The notes under the pieces were generated by a model. The model had not been told where the DNA came from. It saw only the letters and a list, made by a program, of their open reading frames with translations, and did not search any database. This document shows positions 18,051-27,888 of a stretch of DNA of 64,000 nt, in pieces. How positions within the stretch are numbered: the first letter of the stretch is position 1; each line of letters opens with the position of its first letter. A program made the translations under genes and the position numbers. Source of the stretch: Minisyncoccota bacterium. GTDB taxonomy: Bacteria; Patescibacteriota; Minisyncoccia; Phycocordibacterales; JACRKE01. The DNA is taken from NCBI GenBank assembly GCA_041660505.1, contig JBAZWG010000002.1:868-64867 (forward strand), written 5' to 3'.

Positions 18051-19427
18051 ATGTCAGAGCGCGGGCAATTTATAAAAAAGGTCAGACTTCCTCCTCAAAA
18101 CAATGAGGCTGAACAGGCGCTCCTTGGTTCTATTATGCTTAGTCCCTCGATACTCGAGGAGATAATGACGATAGTAACACCGCGATCCTTTTATTCAGAG
18201 AAGCATCGAGTCGTTTACGATGTGTGCGTAGAACTATTCCAGAAAGGCAGTCCCGTCGACCTCCTCTCTGTCTCAACTCGCCTAACAGAGCGGCAACTAA
18301 TCGATCGCGTCGGAGGCGCCTCATTCCTGACCGAGTTGGTTAACGTTGTACCGTCCGCTTCCAATGCGGAATATTATGCCAAAATAGTTCAGAAAAAATC
18401 CACACTGCGCGAACTTATCGACACCGCCGATTATATTTCTTCACTAGGATATAATGAAGAAGAGGACTTGGATATTGTACTGGATAAAGCCGAGAAAAAA
18501 ATATTTGAAATCGCGAACCTATCGCCTAAACAGAAATTCGTTAGCATCAAGTCAACACTTTCTGAAGCATGGGATAGAATAGAAAAATTGCACGAACATA
18601 CAGGAGAATTACGCGGAACGCCTACCGGCTTCCCCGAACTTGATAGTAAACTTGCGGGACTCCAAAACTCGGACCTGATCATTCTCGCGGCACGACCCTC
18701 GATGGGTAAAACCTCCCTAGCAATGGATATCGCCCGCCAGGCGGCAACTAAGCATAATATCACGGTCGGCATCTTCTCTCTCGAAATGAGCTCTCAACAG
18801 CTTGTAGACCGTATGCTTGCGGCGGAATCGTACGTAGATTCTTGGCATTTGCGTACCGGTAAATTATCCCGAGATGAAGATTTCGCCAAAATCCGTGACG
18901 CACTTGATAAACTATCGCGTGCGCCGATATTCATCGATGACGCACCGGATTCGAGTATAATTAATATGCGGGCAACCGCACGCCGGCTCAAGGCAGAGCA
19001 CAATCTGGGGCTTATAGTCGTTGATTACCTCCAGCTTATGGCGACAAGCAAAAGCTATGATTCATTAGTACAACAGGTAACCGAAATCTCGCGCTCGTTA
19101 AAGGGCCTCGCCCGTGAATTGAATGTTCCCGTGCTTGCACTTTCCCAGCTCTCGCGCGCCGTTGAGGCGCGCGGCGGAGAACCGCGCCTGTCCGACCTCC
19201 GCGACTCCGGCTCTATCGAGCAGGACGCGGACGTCGTAATGTTCATCCATCGCGAGGATAAGTATGATAAAGAGTCAACGCGCCCGAATGTCGCCAAGAT
19301 TATCATCGCCAAGCACCGTAACGGCCCGACCGGCGAGGCCGAGCTCTACTTCGACGAGAAGCGCGTTAGCTTCGTCAGTATCGACAAGTCAGGTAACGCC
19401 GGCGGCGATGGCTTTGGGGGGTTTTAA
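18051..19427 (+). CDS. dnaB: replicative DNA helicase DnaB
   Basis: N-terminal PPQNNEAEQALLGSIML, Walker A ARPSMGKTSLAMD, and RecA-like fold motifs (IVVDYLQLM, SQLSR); 458 aa. Confidence 0.9.
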   Translation: MSERGQFIKKVRLPPQNNEAEQALLGSIMLSPSILEEIMTIVTPRSFYSEKHRVVYDVCVELFQKGSPVDLLSVSTRLTERQLIDRVGGASFLTELVNVVPSASNAEYYAKIVQKKSTLRELIDTADYISSLGYNEEEDLDIVLDKAEKKIFEIANLSPKQKFVSIKSTLSEAWDRIEKLHEHTGELRGTPTGFPELDSKLAGLQNSDLIILAARPSMGKTSLAMDIARQAATKHNITVGIFSLEMSSQQLVDRMLAAESYVDSWHLRTGKLSRDEDFAKIRDALDKLSRAPIFIDDAPDSSIINMRATARRLKAEHNLGLIVVDYLQLMATSKSYDSLVQQVTEISRSLKGLARELNVPVLALSQLSRAVEARGGEPRLSDLRDSGSIEQDADVVMFIHREDKYDKESTRPNVAKIIIAKHRNGPTGEAELYFDEKRVSFVSIDKSGNAGGDGFGGF

Positions 19428-19521
19428 TTTTAGAAAGAACTCACACGAATTTACATGGTCTGGTTGAGTGACGAGGAGATCCGAGGACCTGAAAATTTGT
19501 TTGCGGGTTTGAGAAACAACA

Positions 19522-20139
19522 ATGTCAGAATCAGTACAAAAACTTACCGAGTTATTTAGCAAGTTTCCGGGTATCGGCCCGAGACAAGCTCGGCGCTTTG
19601 TCTATCACCTGCTTGAAGAGACAGAGTCTTCACGAGGTTTTCTCGCTCAAAAAATCCTGTCGCTAAAAAGCGAGATGATGCGGTGTTCAAAATGTAAAAG
19701 ATTCTTTAGCGTCGGTGATGCTCCTCATCAGAATCTTTGCCCGTTATGCGCAGACACGGCTCGCGACAGTTCCCTACTCATGGTCGTAGCCCGCGATGTA
19801 GACCTCGAAAGTGTCGAGAAAACAAAACAATATAGCGGTAACTATTTCGTTCTGGGTGGCCAGCTTAAAATCTTAGACAAAAATCCTGAATCCAGAATCA
19901 GAATCATTGAGCTCGAGGCACTACTGCACAAGTCTCCCGATATAAAAGAAATAATAATAGCAATGAACGCCAATACCGAAGGCGATTATACTGCCGACTA
20001 TGTGCGCCAAAAGCTGACGGAGTCCTTCCCCACCCGCGATCTCAAGATTACCGTCCTAGGCCGCGGTCTTTCGACAGGCACGGAATTAGAATATTCTGAT
20101 TCTGAAACGATTACCTACGCACTTAAAAACCGCTTCTAG
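19522..20139 (+). CDS. recR: recombination protein RecR
   Basis: LTELFSKFPGIGPRQARRFVYHLL (HhH), a C4 zinc finger (CSKC...CPLC), and a Toprim domain; 205 aa. Confidence 0.9.
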   Translation: MSESVQKLTELFSKFPGIGPRQARRFVYHLLEETESSRGFLAQKILSLKSEMMRCSKCKRFFSVGDAPHQNLCPLCADTARDSSLLMVVARDVDLESVEKTKQYSGNYFVLGGQLKILDKNPESRIRIIELEALLHKSPDIKEIIIAMNANTEGDYTADYVRQKLTESFPTRDLKITVLGRGLSTGTELEYSDSETITYALKNRF

Positions 20140-20155
20140 CGGCTCTTAAGTTTCT

Positions 20156-20467
20156 TTATTTTATCGAAGTGATTTTGACTTTGGTGTACGGTTGGCGATG
20201 GCCGTTTTTCTTCTTGTACCTTGACTTGGCCATATACTTCATGACGATAACCTTGTCGGCTCTCCCCTGTTCGACAATCTCTGCCTCTACAGTCTTGCCC
20301 GCTACCGTCGGCGTGCCGAGCGTTGATTTGTCGTCTTCTGATACCAAAAGCACTTCAGCGAAGCTGATTTTATCTCCCGCATTGCCCTCAAGCTTCTCAA
20401 CGCGGAAACTAGAGCCTTCAGTAGCGATATATTGCTTGCCCCCTGTCTTGATAATAGCCAATTTCAT
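20156..20467 (-). CDS. rplU: 50S ribosomal protein L21
   Basis: Start set at ATG 20467 (MKLAIIKTGGKQY...), the canonical L21 N-terminus; the ORF-track start adds 6 non-conserved residues. Confidence 0.9.
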   Translation of the reverse strand: MKLAIIKTGGKQYIATEGSSFRVEKLEGNAGDKISFAEVLLVSEDDKSTLGTPTVAGKTVEAEIVEQGRADKVIVMKYMAKSRYKKKNGHRQPYTKVKITSIK

Positions 20468-20504
20468 AGAAATACTATTATACACGATTTTACGAATTTC
20501 GCAA

Positions 20505-20576
20505 TGACCCTACAGGGAATCGAACCCTGATTACCGCCTTGAGAAGGCGATGTCCTAACCGTTAGACGATAGGGCC
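20505..20576 (-). tRNA. tRNA-Glu, anticodon CUC
   Basis: 72-nt cloverleaf read on the minus strand: GGCCCUA|UC|GUCU-AACGGUUA-GGAC|A|UCGCC-UUCUCAA-GGCGG|UAAU|CAGGG-UUCGAUU-CCCUG|UAGGGUC|A. 7-bp acceptor stem, GTTCGATTCC T-loop, U33, anticodon CTC. Close to E. coli tRNA-Glu. No encoded CCA. Confidence 0.8.
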
Positions 20577-20586
20577 GAAAAAGGAA

Positions 20587-21906
20587 TTAGACCCTATTTA
20601 ACCATTCTTTTTCTTGTCTGACAAGCAGTTTTTCGGCTTCTTCGGGAAAGGCCATTATTTCTTTCACCACCCTCTCCATGCGGACGCCTTGCGAGCCTTT
20701 TACCAGTATCAGATCACCTGATTTTATTATCGGCTCTATATACTTCCCCGCTTCTTCGGCAGTGTCGAATGACTGAATCTTATCGGGATCTAGACCCGCC
20801 TCGCGAGCGCCGTCGGCGATGAATTTGGCGCGCTGGCCGGCCGTCACAAGCAGGTCACAGATCTTGGCAACTTTCCTACCTATCTTCTCGTGTGCTTGAA
20901 CAGTATGTTCACCAAGCTCGAGCATGTCGCCAATGACAGCAATCTTTTTGCCTGCAACCTTAAGCTCGTTCAAACTATCCAGCGCCTTCTCGGTAGCCAA
21001 TGGCGAAGCATTATAGGTATCGTCCAGAATTATAGTATCTTTCTCCCCTTCTATAAGGCGCAGACGGCCGGGTGCCTTTTCGTAGTCCTGCAGAGCCTCA
21101 AGCATGGTTACCAGATTAATTTTAAGCGTGTGGCCGACGGCGACAGCGGCTAGCGCGGCATAAATATGGTGCTTACCGAAGATACCTTTGATGCGCACGG
21201 GTACGCTCTTGCCATCCATATCGAGCTTGAAGCTGATGCCTTCTGGGAATTCTTTGCCGTTGTTGGTTTCGTACAGTATTCTGTCGTTGGATGCACGAAT
21301 ATCGGCTTCTTCTTCGAAGCCATAAGTGACGGTTTTATGAGAATGCGTGCCTTCCGCCGTGACCCCCATTGCGAACACGAGCGGATCATCTGTATTTAGG
21401 ACCAGTGTCCCGGTTGCTATCAGGCCGTTCTTAATTTGGGATTTCTCCTTGGCCAGAGCTTCCTTTGTTTTAAAAAATTCGATATGCACCGGCACTTCGC
21501 CCACGCTTGTCACGACGGCAATGTCGAGTGGCAGCCAGCTGGCTAGAGACTTAATGTCACCGGGCCTATCGGCACCAAGCTCGAGGATAAGCCACTCGGG
21601 ATATTCGTGCGGGAAAATTATAATGACCAAGCCATAAGCCAAATTATAAAGCCAGCTAAAGAGGTTGCCCCAGCCTGAATCAAGACCGAGAATAGTGAGG
21701 GGAACGCCAAACTCGCTATTTAGACTCTTTTTGCTTTTACGTACTCTATAGGCAGTCGCTAGCACCGCGTGTATCGCGTCTTTAGTGGAAGTCTTGCCAA
21801 CGTTACCCGTAACACCGACAATGCGCGGTTTGTATTTCACCAATACTAGCTCCGCCTCTTTGCGCAGAATACTTAAGATAATTTTCTTGATGATACTTTT
21901 GAACAT
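20587..21906 (-). CDS. murF: UDP-MurNAc-tripeptide--D-alanyl-D-alanine ligase (MurF-type Mur ligase)
   Basis: Mur ligase P-loop VGVTGNVGKTSTKDAIHAVL, and NSEFGVPLTILG (MurF NNxIGxPLT motif); 439 aa. Confidence 0.75.
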   Translation of the reverse strand: MFKSIIKKIILSILRKEAELVLVKYKPRIVGVTGNVGKTSTKDAIHAVLATAYRVRKSKKSLNSEFGVPLTILGLDSGWGNLFSWLYNLAYGLVIIIFPHEYPEWLILELGADRPGDIKSLASWLPLDIAVVTSVGEVPVHIEFFKTKEALAKEKSQIKNGLIATGTLVLNTDDPLVFAMGVTAEGTHSHKTVTYGFEEEADIRASNDRILYETNNGKEFPEGISFKLDMDGKSVPVRIKGIFGKHHIYAALAAVAVGHTLKINLVTMLEALQDYEKAPGRLRLIEGEKDTIILDDTYNASPLATEKALDSLNELKVAGKKIAVIGDMLELGEHTVQAHEKIGRKVAKICDLLVTAGQRAKFIADGAREAGLDPDKIQSFDTAEEAGKYIEPIIKSGDLILVKGSQGVRMERVVKEIMAFPEEAEKLLVRQEKEWLNRV

Positions 21907-21915
21907 ATTTGACTG

Positions 21916-23619
21916 TTATCTGTCCGGTGGAATATTGTAATAGTTTATCAAAAACTTTGTAAGACTCATAAACGGGTCGGTCAAGGTGGCGGAAGCATAC
22001 TGCGCCCCCTTGGGGTAGGTATGGAACAGGAATATCAGGAATCTGGGATTGTATGCCGGGAAGTAGCCAAAGAACGAGTGGAGGTATCTGTCATCATAAT
22101 ACTCTTTTGTAGCCGGATTGACCATCTGCGCCGTGCCGGTCTTGGCCGCGATACTGTAGTGTTCCATCTTGGCTTTGCCGTTTACGAGAGCTTTGTCGAC
22201 TACGGTTACGAGCATTTTGGTAATTGCAGTTGAGGTTTCGGGCTTCAGTATTTGTACACCCTGACTAAAGTCTGTCTTATCTACTATGCCCAGACGATAT
22301 TCTATTCTGTCCAATATGTGCGGTGCAACGAACCTGCCGCCATTCGCAAGCGAGGCGAGCGCAGTGGCCATCTGGATTGGTGTGACAGCTATCCCCTGCC
22401 CGAAGGCCGCTGTGGCATAATTAACATCTCGATTACTTGAGAGATTAGCAATCAGGCCGCTCGCTTCATTCGGCAATTCTATACCGGTCTTCTCGCCAAA
22501 TCCATAACCTTTCATATACTTCGCAAAAGTGGCGTTGCCTGTTTTCTGCTCCACGAAGACCATGCCGACGTTCAATGATTGATTCAAAACTTCCTGCATA
22601 TATATCCGACCTCGCGCCTTGCCGTCGTAATTGCTTATCTTCTTTTTATCGAGAATAATTGAGCCGGTGTCGGTGTACATCGTGTCGGGAGTAAGCACGC
22701 CGGAATCAATCGCCGCAGCCATTGCAAGAGGCTTCATTGTCGAACCCATCTCATACATATTTTCGACATTCGGATTCTGGAAGGCGCGCGGATCTTTGAC
22801 CGCATTGAACTCGTTAGGGTCATAATCTGGATATCCAGCCATGGCAACGATCTTGCCAGTCATTGGGTCAAGAATTATTCCTCCTATCTGATCGGCATGC
22901 CACGTTTTTTCCGTCGTAGCGAGTGTATCTTCCAGTTGCCTCTCTACTGTCGGTTCAACCGTCGTTACAATATCACCGTCTAGCTGATTCCCGCCAGCAG
23001 ACATCGCGGAACTTAGATTAGAGAATACTTCGGCGAAAAAATTCACATATAAGCCACCTGCGTGCCGAACAAGAATGTCGTCGAAGTAGGATTCGAGCCC
23101 GGCTCTACCGGATACCGTATCCCCCGTATCCTTCGATAATCCGACAAACCCAAGGAAGCCAGAACCGAGCCTCCCCCCGGGATAGTAGCGCTTTTTTTCC
23201 GTATAAATAGTAACACCCTTTATCTTTAGTGCCGAAATGTTGTCGGCATTCTTCTGGTCTATATTTTTTTCGATTACTTCGTAGGTATCGTCCTTTTTTG
23301 TCGCGCGGGCAAGAAATGTCTGTTCGTCCGTCGTCAGATTGCTCTTGAGCCTAGTGTAGACTTCCACGGCATTCATTAATAGTGCCGGATTCACCGCAAC
23401 GAAGTAGGTGTCCTTGAGTGTCGCCGCCGATACTCGCCCCCCGGTCTTTTCTTTAAAGTAAATATTCCCGCGTGAAAATTCGGCGGTTTCCGAATGAGCA
23501 TATTGACGATTGGCAACCTCCGCGAATTCAGCGCCGTTCAATACTTGAATATACGCAAGTCTGGCGACACATACTGCCGCAACCACAACGACAATTAGTG
23601 AGAGGAGTCGTACACGCAT
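21916..23619 (-). CDS. ftsI: penicillin-binding protein (FtsI-type class B transpeptidase)
   Basis: N-terminal TM, dimerisation domain, transpeptidase motifs STMKP and KTGTAQ; located downstream of ftsL. Confidence 0.85.
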   Translation of the reverse strand: MRVRLLSLIVVVVAAVCVARLAYIQVLNGAEFAEVANRQYAHSETAEFSRGNIYFKEKTGGRVSAATLKDTYFVAVNPALLMNAVEVYTRLKSNLTTDEQTFLARATKKDDTYEVIEKNIDQKNADNISALKIKGVTIYTEKKRYYPGGRLGSGFLGFVGLSKDTGDTVSGRAGLESYFDDILVRHAGGLYVNFFAEVFSNLSSAMSAGGNQLDGDIVTTVEPTVERQLEDTLATTEKTWHADQIGGIILDPMTGKIVAMAGYPDYDPNEFNAVKDPRAFQNPNVENMYEMGSTMKPLAMAAAIDSGVLTPDTMYTDTGSIILDKKKISNYDGKARGRIYMQEVLNQSLNVGMVFVEQKTGNATFAKYMKGYGFGEKTGIELPNEASGLIANLSSNRDVNYATAAFGQGIAVTPIQMATALASLANGGRFVAPHILDRIEYRLGIVDKTDFSQGVQILKPETSTAITKMLVTVVDKALVNGKAKMEHYSIAAKTGTAQMVNPATKEYYDDRYLHSFFGYFPAYNPRFLIFLFHTYPKGAQYASATLTDPFMSLTKFLINYYNIPPDR

Positions 23620-23641
23620 AACAAATTATGACGCACCCGGA

Positions 23642-23974
23642 TCAATTACCCTTCGTTAACATCACTATCGGCTCGCCATTAGCATCGACATATTGGACAT
23701 GCGCCGCATTTATGTACTGCATCGAATTGGCAGTCTCTATCGTAACCTCGTTCTGAAGCGCAAAATATTTTGACTCCAGCACGGCGACACTCGATGAAAG
23801 TTCGTCGGTCCTCTTTTCTAAAGCCATTCTACCGACAACATGACCGACGGAGGCGTTCACCAAATACCCGTAGGCAAGGATCTGAATGACTACGAACGTC
23901 GCAAATACCGAAAACGCCCGACGTCCTTTTTCGGTTGTATTTTCTTTATTGCTTTGTGTATACAATTTTGTCAC
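23642..23974 (-). CDS. cell division protein FtsL-like (small bitopic coiled-coil protein)
   Basis: 110 aa, single TM (VFATFVVIQILAYGYLV) followed by a coiled-coil; positioned between rsmH and ftsI. Confidence 0.5.
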   Translation of the reverse strand: MTKLYTQSNKENTTEKGRRAFSVFATFVVIQILAYGYLVNASVGHVVGRMALEKRTDELSSSVAVLESKYFALQNEVTIETANSMQYINAAHVQYVDANGEPIVMLTKGN

Positions 23975-24891
23975 GATACTTTTTCTATAATCCTTAATTT
24001 TGCGCTTCTGGCTCTGGGGTTTTTTTTGACTTCTGTCTGCGTTGGCGCTATGACTTTCTTCGTGATTATTACCCCACCCCGCTTTTTAAAATCAATGAAC
24101 TTCTTTTTGACTATTCTGTCTTCGCCGTCATGGAATGTAATGACTGCTATTCGGCCAGACGGAGCTAAGTAATCCCATGCGGAGCCGAGTGCGATTACAA
24201 CAGAACCAAATTCGTCGTTAACGGCAATGCGTAGAGCCTGGAATGTCTTGGTTGCGAAATGGATTTTGCGATGCTTATAGAATTCCGGAACGGCCTTTTC
24301 TATAATCTCGACCAGATCGAACGTAGTAAGTATTTTTTTGTGCTTCCTTTCTTCTACAATAACCCTCGCTATCCTGCCCGAGAACTGCTCTCCGCCAAAT
24401 CCGCGCAAAATTGCCTCGAGAGACTCTTCGGACCATTCGTTAACGATAACCCGTGCAGTTAGTACATTTTCTCCGGGGTTCCTCTCTAGGGTCATAACAA
24501 GCGGCTCGTTGATTTGGAAAGAGAATCCTCGTCCGGATGATTCGAGCTGAACAGAGTTAAGTCCCAGATCAAAGAGAAATCTATCTACCTCACCAGGTTT
24601 AGTGCCGACTATTTCAAGCGTGTTCTTAATGTCCCTGAAATTGCCAATTTTGAGTGTTGTTTTACATTCGAGAGCGCCGAGAAAATCTTTTACGTCGTTC
24701 ACATTCTGTTCGTCCGCATCTAGGCCGATAAGCCAGCCGCTAGTACCGATCTTCTTGCTGATTTCGCACGTATGTCCGCCTCTGCCGAGCGTTGCGTCTA
24801 CAACAGTCTGTCCCAGTTTAAGGTTAAGGCCGTCTATTGTTTCTTGTAAAAGAACCGGAATGTGTTCTGAGTTATCTTTAAACTGGCTCAT
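23971..24891 (-). CDS. rsmH: 16S rRNA (cytosine1402-N4)-methyltransferase RsmH (MraW)
   Basis: HIPVLLQETIDGL...VVDATLGRGGHT, and the C-terminal RSAKLR motif. Confidence 0.9.
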   Translation of the reverse strand: MSQFKDNSEHIPVLLQETIDGLNLKLGQTVVDATLGRGGHTCEISKKIGTSGWLIGLDADEQNVNDVKDFLGALECKTTLKIGNFRDIKNTLEIVGTKPGEVDRFLFDLGLNSVQLESSGRGFSFQINEPLVMTLERNPGENVLTARVIVNEWSEESLEAILRGFGGEQFSGRIARVIVEERKHKKILTTFDLVEIIEKAVPEFYKHRKIHFATKTFQALRIAVNDEFGSVVIALGSAWDYLAPSGRIAVITFHDGEDRIVKKKFIDFKKRGGVIITKKVIAPTQTEVKKNPRARSAKLRIIEKVS

Positions 24892-25322
24892 ATTGCACCA
24901 ATATCTGAAAGCTGCTGCGCCAGACCGGCTACTTTGCCTTGAATCCCCTGCTTGTAGGTCGTCCAGATTTCTTCATCCCAGATTTCTACCCGTGAATATA
25001 CTCCCGTGACTATCGCGTTTATTTTGAGACCGGCATGCAGTTTCAAAAAATCAGGAATCAGAATGCGTCCGATAGTATCCACTGCTGTCTCCACTGCGCC
25101 CGAAAACATAAAGCGGTTGAAGTCTCTTGCATTTACCTGTCCGATGGAAGGGGCCGCCAATTTCTCGGCAACAGTCTTCCATTGGCTCATGGGGTAAACG
25201 AAGAGACATTTATCCAACCCGTAGGTAATCACAACGGTCTTGCCCAATTCCTTCCGGAACTTTGCCGGCAGCGAGATGCGCTTTTTTTCATCTATCGTGT
25301 GATGATACTCGCCAATGAGCAT
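24888..25322 (-). CDS. mraZ: transcriptional regulator MraZ
   Basis: MLIGEYHHTIDEKKRISLPAKFR plus a second SpoVT/AbrB-like repeat; 144 aa. Confidence 0.9.
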   Translation of the reverse strand: MLIGEYHHTIDEKKRISLPAKFRKELGKTVVITYGLDKCLFVYPMSQWKTVAEKLAAPSIGQVNARDFNRFMFSGAVETAVDTIGRILIPDFLKLHAGLKINAIVTGVYSRVEIWDEEIWTTYKQGIQGKVAGLAQQLSDIGAI

Positions 25323-25426
25323 AGACTTTTATGATTTACCCCACTCTTTCCCACTTGAGTATATTTTATACCACTTCATCACACAGCACAACATATTTTA
25401 TAGTGGATAACTCCTTAATTACAACG

Positions 25427-25446
25427 CAAAAACGCCCGTAGGCGTC
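25427..25446 (-). terminator. rho-independent terminator downstream of greA
   Basis: Minus-strand acgcc-tacg-ggcgt hairpin followed by TTTTT. Confidence 0.45.
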
Positions 25447-25475
25447 TTTGTCAATCCTGTTTGAAATCTGAATCT

Positions 25476-25937
25476 CTACTTTATTTCTACAATAGAATAT
25501 GATGCTGTCTGGCCCGATGGGGTTTTTACGATAAATGTATCACCCGCTTTCTTGCCTATCATCGCCGCTCCAATAGGAGATTCGTTCGATATCTTGCCAT
25601 CTTTAGGCTCGGCCTCTTCCGAGCCGACGATACTGTATTCCACGGCTACACCGCCGTTCTTTTTAACCACAACCTTCGATCCGATATCTACTGTTGTGCC
25701 GTGCTTCTCTTTAACTATCACTGCTTGTTTCAGAACATCCTCGATCTTGGCAATACGTTCTTCAAGATCAGTAAAAGCCTCCCTGGCCTCTTGATATTCC
25801 GCATTTTCCGACAAGTCTCCAAGGGATTTTGCGTATTCGAGACGTCCGGCAACCTCCTGCCGTCCGGTCGTTCTTAAACGTTCAAGCTCTGCCGAAAGCT
25901 CGGCAAATTTCTCTTTTGTTAGATAGTCGTTTGACAT
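25476..25937 (-). CDS. greA: transcription elongation factor GreA
   Basis: N-terminal coiled-coil (LTKEKFAELSAELERL...) and C-terminal FKBP-like domain; 153 aa. Confidence 0.9.
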   Translation of the reverse strand: MSNDYLTKEKFAELSAELERLRTTGRQEVAGRLEYAKSLGDLSENAEYQEAREAFTDLEERIAKIEDVLKQAVIVKEKHGTTVDIGSKVVVKKNGGVAVEYSIVGSEEAEPKDGKISNESPIGAAMIGKKAGDTFIVKTPSGQTASYSIVEIK

Positions 25938-25970
25938 ATGGATATACTATATATCTAAAATGACATTGAG

Positions 25971-27635
25971 TCAACTTTTGATGTATTCCGGGGCGTGCCA
26001 GAACATCCAGTCGAAAAGTTGGCGCATCACGTAAACACCGCCAATGGTATTATGAACGGGACCGGCCTCCATAACTATCGTAAATGCATATTTAGGATGT
26101 TCATACGGGAAGAACCCGACAACCCATGAGTTTACCTTAGATTTAGAGACGCCGAGCTCGGCCGTGCCCGTTTTGGTTGCAACCTTTAAATAATCAAGAT
26201 TAAGCCCTTTACCTGTGCCGGTTACTGCGGACATGCGCATCCCTTCCTTTACAACATTAAAGTTCGCTTGCGGAAGATCTATAGTGCGTTGGATTTCCGG
26301 TGTCTCTGTCTGTAATATTGTCGGCCGAACCAGTTTGCCATTCGTAGCAAGCGCCGCGACAGCCCGCACGGCCTGAATAGGCGTCACAAGAAATCCATAT
26401 TGACCGATGACAGTATGGTACGTATTTCCTACGCGCCAAGCGGCGTCCTTCGGGAATGTCTTGGCCTTCCACTCCGGTGAAGGAATATTGCCCATCTTCT
26501 CGTCCGCGAATTCGATCTTCGTCGGTTCGCCGAAACCAAACATGCGCGCATATTTCTCTATATTCGTAATACCGAGCCCCCTTTGATCCTTATATCCGCC
26601 CCCTATCTGATAAAAATATTCGTCTGACGACTGCTCTATCCCCTGCCTCATATTTATCCAGCCGTGTGCTTCCCAGTCTTTAAAAATAGTAGGCTTCTCA
26701 GGGTCGTAGGGGTTCGGGATTACAAGTTGGCCTGTGCTTAAAATCTTTTTATCAGGTGAAATTATCCCCTCAGTAAGCGCGCCTATTGCCATGAATGGCT
26801 TAATAATAGAGCCGGGCGCATACAATCCAGACACCGCTCTGTCGAGGAATGGTTTAGCCGGATCACGCAACGATTGATTTATGGCAACCCTGTCATTGCC
26901 TGCAGAAAAAACTAGTGAACTGAATTCCGGATAACTTGTAATAGCCACGAGTTCCCCCGTCTCAACGTTCATAATTATTCCCGCTCCACCGGCAAATCCC
27001 CTGTCTGTAGAAACGGCTTTTATAATTTCGTACAGCTTCTGTTGAACTTTTGCATCAATAGAGAGAACGAGCGGTTGTCCGGAAATTGGATCTTGCTGAA
27101 CGCTTTCCGACAGCGTGTGCCCAAGGGCATCTGTCTCGGTTATCTTAATACCTGGCGTACCGGCCAGCCGAGTATTAAAAATCTTCTCAACACCGTCAAT
27201 GCCGACAGTTGTTGTCGCCATAGGAATAAATGAATCGCTTGTGGTAGCATCGTTCTGCCCGAGATAGCCGAGCAAATGACTGAATCCACCGCCCTCCATA
27301 TAATTGCGCTCCGAACCGTTGTTCCAAGCAAGAAGCGTCCCATTCTTATCTTTTATAGACGAACGTTCGGGAAAAACTGGGAAAAATCGCAGTGTATTAA
27401 CGAGACTCCGTTTATAAAAAGCCTGGCCTTGATTAATTTGCAAAGTGAAGAGTTTGCCTCCGATAAAAATTATCGCTAATAAAAAAAATGCCGCCAGGGT
27501 GTACAACGACTTCTGGGAAATCGGCTTTTCTATGCGGCCTTCAAATTGTTGAGTGTTGAAGGTCGGCATATTCCGGGCATCCAGGAAAATTTCGTCCGGA
27601 TATATTTCACCAGTGTTTCGTGATTTTCTTTTCAT
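25971..27635 (-). CDS. mrdA: penicillin-binding protein 2 (elongasome class B transpeptidase)
   Basis: Start moved to MKRKSR (27635); the upstream ORF-track extension overlaps mreD. Motifs SIIKP (SxxK), SSD, KTGTAE. Follows mreBCD. Confidence 0.8.
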   Translation of the reverse strand: MKRKSRNTGEIYPDEIFLDARNMPTFNTQQFEGRIEKPISQKSLYTLAAFFLLAIIFIGGKLFTLQINQGQAFYKRSLVNTLRFFPVFPERSSIKDKNGTLLAWNNGSERNYMEGGGFSHLLGYLGQNDATTSDSFIPMATTTVGIDGVEKIFNTRLAGTPGIKITETDALGHTLSESVQQDPISGQPLVLSIDAKVQQKLYEIIKAVSTDRGFAGGAGIIMNVETGELVAITSYPEFSSLVFSAGNDRVAINQSLRDPAKPFLDRAVSGLYAPGSIIKPFMAIGALTEGIISPDKKILSTGQLVIPNPYDPEKPTIFKDWEAHGWINMRQGIEQSSDEYFYQIGGGYKDQRGLGITNIEKYARMFGFGEPTKIEFADEKMGNIPSPEWKAKTFPKDAAWRVGNTYHTVIGQYGFLVTPIQAVRAVAALATNGKLVRPTILQTETPEIQRTIDLPQANFNVVKEGMRMSAVTGTGKGLNLDYLKVATKTGTAELGVSKSKVNSWVVGFFPYEHPKYAFTIVMEAGPVHNTIGGVYVMRQLFDWMFWHAPEYIKS

Positions 27636-27888
27636 GTAAATTAAAGTTGTGTCTGAACACCTGTAGAATAAAAAAGATGATTGTCCCAATAATTGTGAAG
27701 GTTGCGGTGCTGGCTAACGGCCCCGTTGCTCGAGAGTAAATCAGATCGTAGAGAAGCGAGAATAAAACTATTTCGTAATATGATGCAAACATGAATGATC
27801 CACAAACGAGCGCGCCGGCAAACAGCCACCATGGTGCGAATATCAGCAAAACGAAAATGAATATATCTAACGCGTAGCGGGAATACAT
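27607..27888 (-). CDS. rod shape-determining protein MreD-like (small polytopic membrane protein)
   Basis: 93 aa, entirely hydrophobic, between mreC and the PBP2 gene. Confidence 0.5.
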   Translation of the reverse strand: MYSRYALDIFIFVLLIFAPWWLFAGALVCGSFMFASYYEIVLFSLLYDLIYSRATGPLASTATFTIIGTIIFFILQVFRHNFNLHEKKITKHW

